From contig OY820579.1 of NCBI GenBank assembly GCA_963681965.1, forward strand, positions 1,120,001 to 1,184,000: DNA of 64,000 nt, read 5' to 3'. The notes under the pieces were generated by a model. It saw nothing but the letters and a program-made list of their open reading frames with translations. It made no database searches and was not told the origin of the DNA. Position numbers and translations under genes: made by a program. Below are positions 10,541 through 20,680 of the stretch, piece after piece (position 1 is the stretch's first letter; every line of letters starts with the position of its first letter). Source of the stretch: a bacterium. GTDB lineage: Bacteria > Electryoneota > JAOADG01.

Positions 10541-10727
10541 TTGCCGACTGTCGTTCTTTGAGTTTCGTCCCTCGGGACACCCTGCGCATTCACGGAACAT
10601 CCCTGATCGCAGGTTTTTCGCGGAGACTTTGGCTCCGTACCGATGCTAAAGCGTGATGCGGCATTGGATTGTTCGTTGTCGCGGGATAGACGCGACGAAA
10701 AGAAAATCGTTACAGGAGAAAAAACTG

Positions 10728-10970
10728 ATGAATCCAGGAATTACCAATGGCGCGTATGCGTTTATCGCCGCCGGTATCGGTGCCGGATTAGTCGTAATCG
10801 GCGCCGGTCACGGTATCGGTCAGTTGGCAAAGGGTGCAATGGAAGGCATTTCGCGACAACCGGAAGCCTCGGGCAAAATTCAGACTGCTATGATCATCGC
10901 CGCTTCGTTAATCGAAGGTGTCGCGTTGTTCTGCTCGGTGATCTGTTTGTTGCTGTACCTCAAGGGCTAA
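10728..10970 (+). CDS. atpE: F0F1 ATP synthase subunit c (H+-type)
   Basis: RQPE loop and LIEGVAL; no Q...ES/T Na+ motif; ATG at 10728 after AGGAG. Confidence 0.97.
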   Translation: MNPGITNGAYAFIAAGIGAGLVVIGAGHGIGQLAKGAMEGISRQPEASGKIQTAMIIAASLIEGVALFCSVICLLLYLKG

Positions 10971-10980
10971 GAACTTGTTC

Positions 10981-11017
10981 GAATCCGGGCGGTCGATTTC
11001 ATCTCCGCCCGGATTTC
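10981..11017 (+). other. Stem-loop after atpE (possible mRNA stabiliser or attenuator)
   Basis: AATCCGGGCGG...CCGCCCGGATT inverted repeat. Confidence 0.6.
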
Positions 11018-11097
11018 TCAGGATCTCTGATAGCAAGTTTACGATGAAGCAATAAATCGCGATTGCATACCGATGCAGCGCATTTCAAAGAAAAACT

Positions 11098-11592
11098 ATG
11101 AACGCAATTGATTTAGTCACCCCGAATGTCGGTTTGGTTTTCTGGACGACAATGTTGTTCCTGGCGGTTCTGATTGTGCTCCGCAAGTACGCTTGGGGAC
11201 CGATCATGCAGGGCTTGGAGCAACGCGAGAAAACCATTGCCGACGATCTCCGCCGTGCCGAAGAGGCACGGGTTGCCGCCGAGCAGGCACGCGACGACTT
11301 GCTGAAAGAGCAAGCGAAGCACTTGCAGGAGACCAACGACCGGATCGTACAGATGATGCGCAATGCCGAGAGCCGCTCGCTGGAATTGGTCGAAAAAGCC
11401 AAGGGCGAAGCCGTGAAGATCCGCGATGCCGCATTGGCGGATATCGAATTGGAACGGCAGCAGGCAATCGCGTCGCTGCGGAACGAAGTCGTTTCGATCG
11501 CGATCATGGCGGCAAGCAATGTGATCGGTCGCGAACTCAAGCCGGAAGATCACCGCCTGTTGATCGAAAATTCGATCCCGAAACTGAATTGA
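11098..11592 (+). CDS. atpF: F0F1 ATP synthase subunit b
   Basis: GLVFWT...LRKYAWGPI...R..TI followed by coiled coil. Confidence 0.95.
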   Translation: MNAIDLVTPNVGLVFWTTMLFLAVLIVLRKYAWGPIMQGLEQREKTIADDLRRAEEARVAAEQARDDLLKEQAKHLQETNDRIVQMMRNAESRSLELVEKAKGEAVKIRDAALADIELERQQAIASLRNEVVSIAIMAASNVIGRELKPEDHRLLIENSIPKLN

Positions 11593-11602
11593 GGGACTTA
11601 CA

Positions 11603-12127
11603 GTGAACTTACTGGTAAGCCGATACGCTGAACCATTTTACCGCGCGGCGAAAGAAGCCGGCGAAATCGACCGGGTTCGTGCCGATTTGGAATCACTTGC
11701 GACGCTATGGAACGAACCGGCAATGCATGCGTTTATGCTCTCGCCGCAGGTTCCGGATGCGGAAAAGATTGCACTGGTAAAACAGATTTTACCCGATGCG
11801 AGCAAGCTGACAATCAATTTCTTCAAGCTCGCTTTCGAGCGCGGTCGTGAAGAAATCCTGCCCGATATTCCGGGTGAATTTTTCCGTCGTGTTCGTAGCG
11901 ATTCCGGTATTGTCAAAGCGATCACTACTAGCGCCGTCACGTTATCGCCGGATCAACAAACCGAATTGGCGAAGAAGCTGGGCACCGAATTAAAGAAGAC
12001 CGTGGAATTGGAAGTGACGGTCGATCCCAGCCTAATTGGCGGGATGGTGATTGAAATCGAAGGGAAGCGTTACGACGGTTCGATTATACGACGCCTCGAC
12101 AGTCTGAAACACAAGATGGTGTCGTAA
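11603..12127 (+). CDS. atpH: F1 ATP synthase subunit delta
   Basis: SRYAE N-terminus; VDPSLIGG...YDGSI C-terminus. Confidence 0.95.
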   Translation: MNLLVSRYAEPFYRAAKEAGEIDRVRADLESLATLWNEPAMHAFMLSPQVPDAEKIALVKQILPDASKLTINFFKLAFERGREEILPDIPGEFFRRVRSDSGIVKAITTSAVTLSPDQQTELAKKLGTELKKTVELEVTVDPSLIGGMVIEIEGKRYDGSIIRRLDSLKHKMVS

Positions 12128-12191
12128 TTGCAACGCAATTTTTTATATGCATTCATAGTGAATCATTAACATCTTGTCTTCGAGGGAAGTC

Positions 12192-12467
12192 ATGCAAATC
12201 GTCAAACTAAAAGATGGTTCATTCAGCTATCAAGGTCTTCCTGAAGAGGACTTTCGGATTCTGGAAAAGCTCGTCGAGAAGAACAGCACTGTAATGTTGT
12301 CCAATTACTTCTTGATCCAGCAAGCGATCGAGCTGGCATTGAATGAAGGAATCGAGAAACCTACGGTAAAAGAGATTCAAGAAATCGTCGACGAGCTGGA
12401 AGAGATGATGGAAGAAGAATTTACCGATTCGGAAGACGAAGCGGACGGGGAAGCGGAAAAGAAGTAA
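12192..12467 (+). CDS. Hypothetical acidic protein
   Basis: ORF with GAGGGA RBS and acidic C-terminal tail; no family recognised. Confidence 0.55.
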   Translation: MQIVKLKDGSFSYQGLPEEDFRILEKLVEKNSTVMLSNYFLIQQAIELALNEGIEKPTVKEIQEIVDELEEMMEEEFTDSEDEADGEAEKK

Positions 12468-12482
12468 CTGTGGCGGATTGAC

Positions 12483-12806
12483 ATGACTCGCGAACAGGCA
12501 CTTGATATTGCACGTGAATTGAAACGCCGCTTGGAACCCTTGTACGGCGACCGGTTGCAGCAGGTGATTGCGTATGGTTCGCAAATCCGCGGCGATGCAA
12601 CCGACGAGTCCGATCTCGATGTAGCGGTTTTGCTCGATCCATGTTTTGAGTTTGGAACTGAGTGGAATTTGGTCGCGAATGAATTAGTCGAGATGGGTAT
12701 CAAGAATAACGTTGTGATTGATACCAATTTTATTCCATTACAGGATTATAACACCGGAACTGAGGCATTGTATCGATCGATCCGAAGCGAAGGCGAAGTA
12801 TTATGA
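12483..12806 (+). CDS. Minimal nucleotidyltransferase (MNT) antitoxin 1
   Basis: YGSQIRGDATDESDLDVAV is the GS-x10-DxD motif. Confidence 0.9.
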   Translation: MTREQALDIARELKRRLEPLYGDRLQQVIAYGSQIRGDATDESDLDVAVLLDPCFEFGTEWNLVANELVEMGIKNNVVIDTNFIPLQDYNTGTEALYRSIRSEGEVL

Positions 12807-13180
12807 ATCCGGAGATCGAGCGTCATTTTGAACGAGCAGATTTGTTCTTAATTCGATCTGAGCATCATATTCAATGTGAGTTTTACGACGATTCGATTAA
12901 TCGTTCATACTATGCAATGTTCCATGCAATCACGGCACTGTTGCTGACAAGAAATATTGTGCGAAGTAAACACTCTGGTCTTATTGCATCATTCAATCAA
13001 AATTTTATTAAGTCCGGCGAATTCGATATTCGTTTCAGCGGAGTGGTACAAAAAGGTTTTGAGTTGCGTAACAAGAACGACTATTTATCAGCACCCATCA
13101 ATAATCTGGAAGACACGCAACAGTTATTGCACGATGCGAAAGACTTAGTGAAAGCGTGTCGGGAGTATTGCAACCGGTAG
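12803..13180 (+). CDS. HEPN domain protein 1 (UPF0332-like)
   Basis: NRSYYAMFHA, SKHSGL and RNKNDY motifs; ATGA overlap with MNT. Confidence 0.88.
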   Translation: MNPEIERHFERADLFLIRSEHHIQCEFYDDSINRSYYAMFHAITALLLTRNIVRSKHSGLIASFNQNFIKSGEFDIRFSGVVQKGFELRNKNDYLSAPINNLEDTQQLLHDAKDLVKACREYCNR

Positions 13181-13237
13181 GAATTAACCCTTGCTTGCAT
13201 TCATGGTTTTATTAATCAATTGTATTGGTAAATTTTC

Positions 13238-13561
13238 ATGACTCGGGAAAATGCGCTAGAGATCGCACGAGAACTGAAACGCCGTCTGGAACCCTTGTAC
13301 GGCGACCGGTTGCAGCAGGTGATTGCGTATGGATCACAAATCCGCGGCGATGCCACCGATGAATCCGATCTCGATGTGGCAGTGGTTCTGTATCCGTGCG
13401 GCGATCAGTGGACTGAATGGACTGCCATTTCAGATTTACTGCTCGAACTCGATATGAAACTGAATGTTCTTTTGGATGTTTTTATCGTATCTCAGCAGGA
13501 ATTTGCGAATGGTACGTATGCTTTGCATCGAGAAATGAAACGTGAAGGTGTAGCGGCATGA
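13238..13561 (+). CDS. Minimal nucleotidyltransferase (MNT) antitoxin 2
   Basis: Same GS-x10-DxD motif; N-terminal half nearly identical to MNT1. Confidence 0.9.
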   Translation: MTRENALEIARELKRRLEPLYGDRLQQVIAYGSQIRGDATDESDLDVAVVLYPCGDQWTEWTAISDLLLELDMKLNVLLDVFIVSQQEFANGTYALHREMKREGVAA

Positions 13562-13935
13562 AAACCGAAGTCGAAGACTATCTCATTCGTGCTCGCGAGA
13601 CTCTGATCGAATCGAAATTTGCTCACGGTTCTCAGTTCTGGAATATGTCTGTCAATCGAAGTTATTATGCCATGTTTTATGCTGTGACCGCTGTATTACG
13701 AACAAAAGAAATTGTGAGAAGTAAACACTCGGGTTTGGTTTCGGCATTTATTGAGAATTTTGCGAATACTGGACTATTTGAAGTAAAATACGCGCAATCA
13801 CTGAATAAAGGGTTCAAGTTTCGCAATGTGAACGATTATGTTCAACATCCGATAGCGACTGAAGAAAATTCGAAATTGTTGTTAGAGGAAGCGATCGCGT
13901 TGGTAGAAAAATGTGAAGAGTATTGCAACCGGTAG
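13558..13935 (+). CDS. HEPN domain protein 2 (UPF0332-like)
   Basis: NRSYYAMFYA, SKHSGL and RNVNDY motifs; ATGA overlap. Confidence 0.88.
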   Translation: MKTEVEDYLIRARETLIESKFAHGSQFWNMSVNRSYYAMFYAVTAVLRTKEIVRSKHSGLVSAFIENFANTGLFEVKYAQSLNKGFKFRNVNDYVQHPIATEENSKLLLEEAIALVEKCEEYCNR

Positions 13936-13954
13936 TTGCTTAGGCAATTTGCCC

Positions 13955-13977
13955 GGAGGTGGGGCTTCAGCCCCGCC
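13955..13977 (+). repeat. REP-like palindrome (GGAG foot, different family)
   Basis: GGAGGTGGGGCTTCAGCCCCGCC hairpin with no U-tract. Confidence 0.5.
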
Positions 13978-14001
13978 AAGTATGATCTTTAAATCGTTTT
14001 G

Positions 14002-14025
14002 GTTGGAGCGGTTCGCGAACCGCCC
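14002..14025 (+). repeat. Degenerate REP-like palindrome
   Basis: GTTG-GAGCGGTTCGCGAACCGCCC; same foot-plus-20-nt-hairpin geometry as the GTAG REPs. Confidence 0.55.
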
Positions 14026-14116
14026 GTGTCAGGAAAATCTTGAGATCACAAATTGTGATCGCAAAGTTCATTGGATTTGAATCTTTTCTTTCTGGTAGTT
14101 CTTTGAAATCATTACC

Positions 14117-14140
14117 GTAGGGGCGTATAGCAATACGCCC
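14117..14140 (+). repeat. GTAG-type REP, copy 1
   Basis: GTAG-GGGCGTATAGCAATACGCCC; one mismatch to the RAYT-flanking REP. Confidence 0.9.
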
Positions 14141-14199
14141 GAAATAAAATGAATAATACTTGCAAAGAAGTTCTATTTTATTGTTAGTAGGTTTGAATA

Positions 14200-14835
14200 G
14201 TGGCAAAAAGCAAATTAAAATTGATTGAAATAATCACAGTCATATTATCTGCAATTGCAATATTAGTTGCGGGTTACAGTGTATGGGTGACCAAACAAAC
14301 ATCGATAGAGACCGCTAAAATTGCTGAAAAAGTGGCTCGTGAAACTACCGAACTACAACTTAAAAAACAGATGGCACAATCGATATTTGATAAGTATTAC
14401 ACTTTGTTACCAAAAATAGATAACCTTAGAAAAAAGACAGAGAGCTTAAGAAATAGAATTAACGTAATGAATTCAGAGAGTATAACCGGGTTAAATATAG
14501 AGTACTTTGATGATGCGAGAATGAGTGAATTAGATTCTATTATTGGCAACATCGCAGCACAACTACCTTCGTTGAGCGATTCTGCTGAGATGAGAACAGT
14601 AAATTTATGTAAATCTCGTTTAGATACGATTAAATTTATTGTTGATGATCGATACAAAGTCATCTCTAACTATAGTGAACCAGTGAATCGAGAAAGAGCT
14701 GTTAAATTGTTTCCAATTGATGTTAAGAACATGTTGGGGTATTGTTCTGAAGTAGATAGTTGTTGTGATGCAATAGCCAAAAACTTGCGAAGCAAAAAGG
14801 ATTACATCGAGTTATCGTTAATGAGTAAACAGTAA
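14200..14835 (+). CDS. AT-rich hypothetical protein (N-terminal TM, coiled coil), cargo between inverted REPs
   Basis: 211-aa ORF; TM IITVILSAIAILVAGYSVWV; spot count of 16 G+C in 60 nt at 14401-14460. Confidence 0.7.
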   Translation: MAKSKLKLIEIITVILSAIAILVAGYSVWVTKQTSIETAKIAEKVARETTELQLKKQMAQSIFDKYYTLLPKIDNLRKKTESLRNRINVMNSESITGLNIEYFDDARMSELDSIIGNIAAQLPSLSDSAEMRTVNLCKSRLDTIKFIVDDRYKVISNYSEPVNRERAVKLFPIDVKNMLGYCSEVDSCCDAIAKNLRSKKDYIELSLMSKQ

Positions 14836-14854
14836 GAAGTGTTAGATAAAACCC

Positions 14855-14878
14855 GGGCGTATTGCCATACGCCCCTAC
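14855..14878 (-). repeat. GTAG-type REP, copy 2 (inverted)
   Basis: GGGCGTATTGCCATACGCCC-CTAC. Confidence 0.9.
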
Positions 14879-14973
14879 TGAGATTTGATAGAATTGGGCA
14901 AAGCTGTTGCCCGCGTGTGTATTGAGCAAACAGGCATCATATATGCCTCTACGAAGCAACGTAGGAATTGTAA

Positions 14974-16482
14974 ATGCAACTTAGACCAGATGAAATTACC
15001 TCGATCCTCAAGGAGCGAATCCTCTCCTTCGAATCGCAGGTGAAAATGGACGAAGTGGGGCGTGTCCTCACGGTGGGCGACGGTATCGCCCGCATCTACG
15101 GCCTTGAAAACTGCCTCGCCGGCGAATTGATCGAATTCCCGGGCGAAGTATACGGCATGGCGTTGAACCTCGAAGAAGACAATGTCGGCGTCGCGCTGTT
15201 CGGCAGCGACGAGAACATTAAAGAAGGCGACATTGTCAAACGCACCGGTCGCGTCGTCGACGTACCCGTCGGCCCCGAACTGTGCGGTCGCGTGGTCAAT
15301 CCACTCGGATTCCCGATCGACGGCAAAGGTCCCATCGACGCCAAGCAGCGCAACCCGGTCGAGCGTAAAGCCACCGGCGTTATCACGCGCCAGCCGGTGA
15401 AAGAGCCGCTGATGACCGGTATCAAAGCCATCGACGGTATGATCCCGATCGGTCGTGGACAACGCGAATTGATCATCGGCGACCGTGGTACCGGCAAGAC
15501 CGCTATCGCAGTCGACACGATCATCAATCAAAAAGGGCAGAACGTCTATTGCATCTACGTGGCAATCGGTCAGAAAGGCTCGACCATCGCCAAGGTGGTC
15601 AAGACGCTGCAGGATCACGGCGCAATGGAATACACTACGGTGATTTCCTCGACTGCCGTCGAAACTGCGCCGATTCAGTACATTGCCCCGTTCGCCGGTG
15701 CCGCCATGGGCGAGTATTTCCGCGACAAGGGTATGCACGCGCTGGTGATTTACGACGATCTTACCAAACACGCCTGGGCTTATCGCCAGTTGTCGTTGTT
15801 GCTCCGACGTCCACCGGGACGCGAAGCCTATCCGGGTGACGTGTTCTATCTGCACTCGCGCTTGCTCGAACGTGCGGCGAAGCTCTCCGATGCCCTTGGT
15901 GGCGGTTCGTTGACGGCACTCCCGATCATTGAAACGCAAGCCGGCGACGTTTCGGCGTACATTCCGACCAACGTGATTTCGATTACCGACGGTCAGATCT
16001 ACCTCGAACCCGACCTGTTCTATTCCGGCATTCGTCCGGCAGTAAACGTCGGTATTTCGGTTTCGCGAGTCGGTTCCAGTGCGCAATATCGCGCCATGCG
16101 CGCGGTCGCAGGGTCGATGCGACTCGACTTGGCACAATTCCGCGAACTGGCGGCATTTGCTCAATTCGGCAGCGATCTCGATGCTTCCACCAAACAGCAG
16201 TTGACACGCGGCGAGCATTTGACCGAATTGCTGAAGCAAGGTCAATACATGCCGTGGTCGCTCGAACGACAGGTGGCGATCATGTTTGCCGGAACGCAGG
16301 GTCTTGCCGATAATATTCCGATTTCGGCGTTGCGGAAATGGGAATCGGAAATCATCTCGTATCTCGAGAGCAATCATGGCGACTTGATGAAGGAAATCGT
16401 CGATACAAAGCTTTTGAATGAAGCGCTGAAGACCATGCTGAGAGCAGCGATCGAGTCGTTTAACACTACTTTTGTCGTGTAA
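14974..16482 (+). CDS. atpA: F1 ATP synthase subunit alpha
   Basis: GDRGTGKT Walker A; [24 protein letters not shown]. Confidence 0.99.
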   Translation: MQLRPDEITSILKERILSFESQVKMDEVGRVLTVGDGIARIYGLENCLAGELIEFPGEVYGMALNLEEDNVGVALFGSDENIKEGDIVKRTGRVVDVPVGPELCGRVVNPLGFPIDGKGPIDAKQRNPVERKATGVITRQPVKEPLMTGIKAIDGMIPIGRGQRELIIGDRGTGKTAIAVDTIINQKGQNVYCIYVAIGQKGSTIAKVVKTLQDHGAMEYTTVISSTAVETAPIQYIAPFAGAAMGEYFRDKGMHALVIYDDLTKHAWAYRQLSLLLRRPPGREAYPGDVFYLHSRLLERAAKLSDALGGGSLTALPIIETQAGDVSAYIPTNVISITDGQIYLEPDLFYSGIRPAVNVGISVSRVGSSAQYRAMRAVAGSMRLDLAQFRELAAFAQFGSDLDASTKQQLTRGEHLTELLKQGQYMPWSLERQVAIMFAGTQGLADNIPISALRKWESEIISYLESNHGDLMKEIVDTKLLNEALKTMLRAAIESFNTTFVV

Positions 16483-16487
16483 TCGCT

Positions 16488-17351
16488 ATGCCATCACTCA
16501 AACAAATCAAACGGCGGATCAGCAGCGTTAAATCGACGCAACAGATCACCAAGGCGATGAAAATGATTGCCGCGGCGAAACTGCGCCGTGCCCAAAACAA
16601 CATGCTTTCGGCACGACCGTATTCGCACCGCTTGCGGGATACGATTGCCGAAATGGCGGCGCGCACGACCGAATCGCATCCACTGCTCGAAGTTCGTGAC
16701 CCGAAAAATGTCGGATTCGTCGTGGTTGCTTCGGATCGCGGTATGGCGGGCAGTTTCAATGCGAATGTGATCAAACATGCGGTTGCTGCCTACAAGCAGC
16801 ACGAAAATGCCGACAATCGCTACCTGATCACGGTAGGTCGCAAGACGACCGACTTTTTTACCAAGCGCGGGTACAACGTCATCTCCAAGCACCTCGATAT
16901 CTTCCCCGATCCGACGCTAGAGTCATCACGACGGATTGGTGAACGGATTATCGATCTGTACAAGATGGAGACGTTGGGTCTTGACCGGGTCTACTTGGTG
17001 TACAACGAATTCAAGAATGTTGCGCAGCAGCAAGTGATCGTCGAGCAACTGCTTCCGGTCGTTCCGGCAAAACTCGATAGCCCGATTCATCAGGATTTTG
17101 AATTCGAACCGGATCCCATGACGATTCTCGATGTCATTCTTCCACAATATATCGATGTGGAAATCTGGCATGTACTGCTGGAATCGTTTGCCGCGGAAAT
17201 GGCGGCGCGAATGACGGCGATGGAGAATGCGACCAAGGCGGCGACCGATCTAATCAAGTCGTTGACGCTGCAATACAACAAAGCGCGGCAGGGAGCGATC
17301 ACGAAGGAGCTGCTCGAAATTGTCGGCGGCGCCGAGGCGTTGAAGGGGTAA
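16488..17351 (+). CDS. atpG: F1 ATP synthase subunit gamma
   Basis: QITKAMKMIAAAK and ARQGAITKELLEIVGGA motifs. Confidence 0.98.
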   Translation: MPSLKQIKRRISSVKSTQQITKAMKMIAAAKLRRAQNNMLSARPYSHRLRDTIAEMAARTTESHPLLEVRDPKNVGFVVVASDRGMAGSFNANVIKHAVAAYKQHENADNRYLITVGRKTTDFFTKRGYNVISKHLDIFPDPTLESSRRIGERIIDLYKMETLGLDRVYLVYNEFKNVAQQQVIVEQLLPVVPAKLDSPIHQDFEFEPDPMTILDVILPQYIDVEIWHVLLESFAAEMAARMTAMENATKAATDLIKSLTLQYNKARQGAITKELLEIVGGAEALKG

Positions 17352-17385
17352 GGTTTAGCACCCTTTCACTGTTGGAGTAGAAGGA

Positions 17386-17793
17386 ATGCTGGAAGTCACG
17401 CATCTCGAACGGGCAATCAAGTCTTTAGAAGAAGGCATCGAATTGTTCGAAAGGAGTCGGACTCTCGACTCAATCACACAAGAAGCGATTCGAGACGGAG
17501 TTATTCAGCGTTTTGAATTTACATATGAATTGTGCTGGAAGTCTTTGAAGCGTTTTCTTGTTATTTTTGGAGCCGATATACCTCCATCAATGACAATGAA
17601 AGACATTTATCGAGTCGGATTTGAGCGTGACTTGATTCGTGATGCGGAGTTGTGGTTCGGTTATATGAAGTACCGAAACCTCTCGTCTCACACGTACGAC
17701 TCGGAGACTGCAGAAGAGGTATATAGTCATATTGCAGATTTCCTTGTCGATGCCAACTATTTGTTGAATCGCTTGAAAGCGATCGAACAATGA
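17386..17793 (+). CDS. HI0074-family HEPN protein (nucleotidyltransferase substrate-binding)
   Basis: RDGVIQRFEFTYELCWK and RNLSSHTY (R-x4-H-x-Y). Confidence 0.92.
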   Translation: MLEVTHLERAIKSLEEGIELFERSRTLDSITQEAIRDGVIQRFEFTYELCWKSLKRFLVIFGADIPPSMTMKDIYRVGFERDLIRDAELWFGYMKYRNLSSHTYDSETAEEVYSHIADFLVDANYLLNRLKAIEQ

Positions 17794-18074
17794 TCGACAT
17801 CTCGGAGAAGCATCTGGAGATTGTCAAGGCAATCCTTCGCGAATGGTTGCCAAATTACGAAATTCAAGCATTTGGATCGCGAGTAACTGGTAAGGCGAAA
17901 CCGTATTCCGATCTTGATTTGGCAATCGTCTCGGATGAACGAGTGCCGTTTCGGCAAATTGCGATGGCGTGTGCGGCATTCACCGACTCCGATCTCCCGT
18001 TTCGAGTCGATCTAGTAGAACGGTGTAAAATCAAGGATTTTCCTATTGAACCGACGGAAGTGATAGTCATGTAG
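17790..18074 (+). CDS. HI0073-like minimal nucleotidyltransferase
   Basis: FGSRVTGKAKPYSDLDLAI and SDLPFRVDLV motifs; ATGA overlap. Confidence 0.92.
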   Translation: MIDISEKHLEIVKAILREWLPNYEIQAFGSRVTGKAKPYSDLDLAIVSDERVPFRQIAMACAAFTDSDLPFRVDLVERCKIKDFPIEPTEVIVM

Positions 18075-18243
18075 TTTTCTGTGTCAATCGTGTGGTAGAA
18101 GTCCGGTAACCTATTCAGGTATCGAATTGCACGTCGATCACAAGATTCCGTTTTCGCTGGGTGGAAGAACAATCACCGAGAACTTAGAAACGAAGTGTTC
18201 GGATTGTAATTTGGGTAAGAGAAATCGATTTATTGAACAGTAG
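18067..18243 (+). pseudogene. HNH endonuclease domain remnant with no ATG/GTG/TTG start upstream of its first CxxC
   Basis: Hand translation from 18082: CQSCGRSPVTYSGIELHVDHKIPFSLGGRTITENLETKCSDCNLGKRNRFIEQ*; in-frame TAG at 18064-18066 upstream; absent from the ORF track. Confidence 0.8.
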
Positions 18244-18263
18244 GGGCGTATGGCAATACGCCC
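18240..18263 (+). repeat. GTAG-type REP, copy 3
   Basis: GTAG-GGGCGTATGGCAATACGCCC. Confidence 0.92.
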
Positions 18264-18276
18264 GCATCTTGTGAGC

Positions 18277-18804
18277 ATGGAAAACAAGAGCCATTTCATT
18301 CAACGTCAATCGATGCGTCAATCCATTTTGGATTATTCGGTGGGGTTCTTTTTCATCACAATTTGTACGGATCGACGCCGGTGCTATCTTTGTCGCATTC
18401 GCAACGATGAAGTCGCACATAGTTGGATTGGTCAAATCGTCGAAGAAGAGTTGAAAAAATCGACCTTGATCCGATCCGAATTGATCCTTGACAAGTATGT
18501 AATCATGCCGAATCATCTTCACATGATCTTAGGCATGAATCGCGATATTCCATTTGGATCAATCAAAAGCTTTACATCGCCTGCCAAAAATTTTGGCGCG
18601 TTTATTCGTACTTTGAAAGCGGTGACAACAAGACAGATTCGAGAACGAATCGGAAAATCCGATTTCATCTTATGGCAAAGGAACTTCTACGATCACAGCA
18701 TTCGGAATGAGGACGATTATCGCAAAACGATTCAATACATCGATCTGAATCCATCGAGATGGAGTTGTGATCGAGAGAATCCGGTTTTGATTGGAAGAGA
18801 ATAA
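18277..18804 (+). CDS. REP-associated tyrosine transposase (RAYT/TnpA-REP, Y1 HUH family)
   Basis: DYS..FFITICT, YVIMPNHLHMIL (HUH), WQRNFYDHSIRN and YIDLNP (catalytic Tyr); ORF can extend to ATG 18250 inside the REP. Confidence 0.93.
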   Translation: MENKSHFIQRQSMRQSILDYSVGFFFITICTDRRRCYLCRIRNDEVAHSWIGQIVEEELKKSTLIRSELILDKYVIMPNHLHMILGMNRDIPFGSIKSFTSPAKNFGAFIRTLKAVTTRQIRERIGKSDFILWQRNFYDHSIRNEDDYRKTIQYIDLNPSRWSCDRENPVLIGRE

Positions 18805-18818
18805 AGAATTCAGAGAAC

Positions 18819-18842
18819 GGGCGTATTGCCATACGCCCCTAC
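18819..18842 (-). repeat. GTAG-type REP, copy 4 (inverted)
   Basis: GGGCGTATTGCCATACGCCC-CTAC, identical to copy 2. Confidence 0.92.
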
Positions 18843-18889
18843 TGAATAGCGAGATCGCTAGTCAGAATTTCATGATCGATCGTGCGAAA

Positions 18890-20669
<1,780 letters not shown>

Positions 20670-20680
20670 CGGAATTCTCT

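Larger units (their letters stand above)
18240..18842 (+). mobile_element. REPtron-like unit: RAYT bracketed by inverted REPs
   Basis: Perfect 27-bp inverted match between 18238-18264 and 18818-18844 around the RAYT gene. Confidence 0.8.

Noticed and set aside
10728-10970. Na+-translocating or N-type ATPase
   Set aside because: Subunit c lacks the Na+-binding residues and the gene order is the standard BEFHAGDC.
12128-14973. Integron cassette array
   Set aside because: No tyrosine integrase in the window and no convincing attC (RYYYAAC...GTTRRRY) sites between the genes.
14875-16377. 500-aa minus-strand ORF
   Set aside because: Antisense shadow of atpA with no recognisable motifs.
18277-18804. 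IS200/IS605 element with TnpB
   Set aside because: No tnpB present; inverted GTAG-REPs and the protein motifs fit a RAYT.
14117-18842. One composite transposon spanning atpA-atpG between the outermost REPs
   Set aside because: Orientation allows it, but I saw no target duplication and the inner REP pairs explain the pattern more simply.
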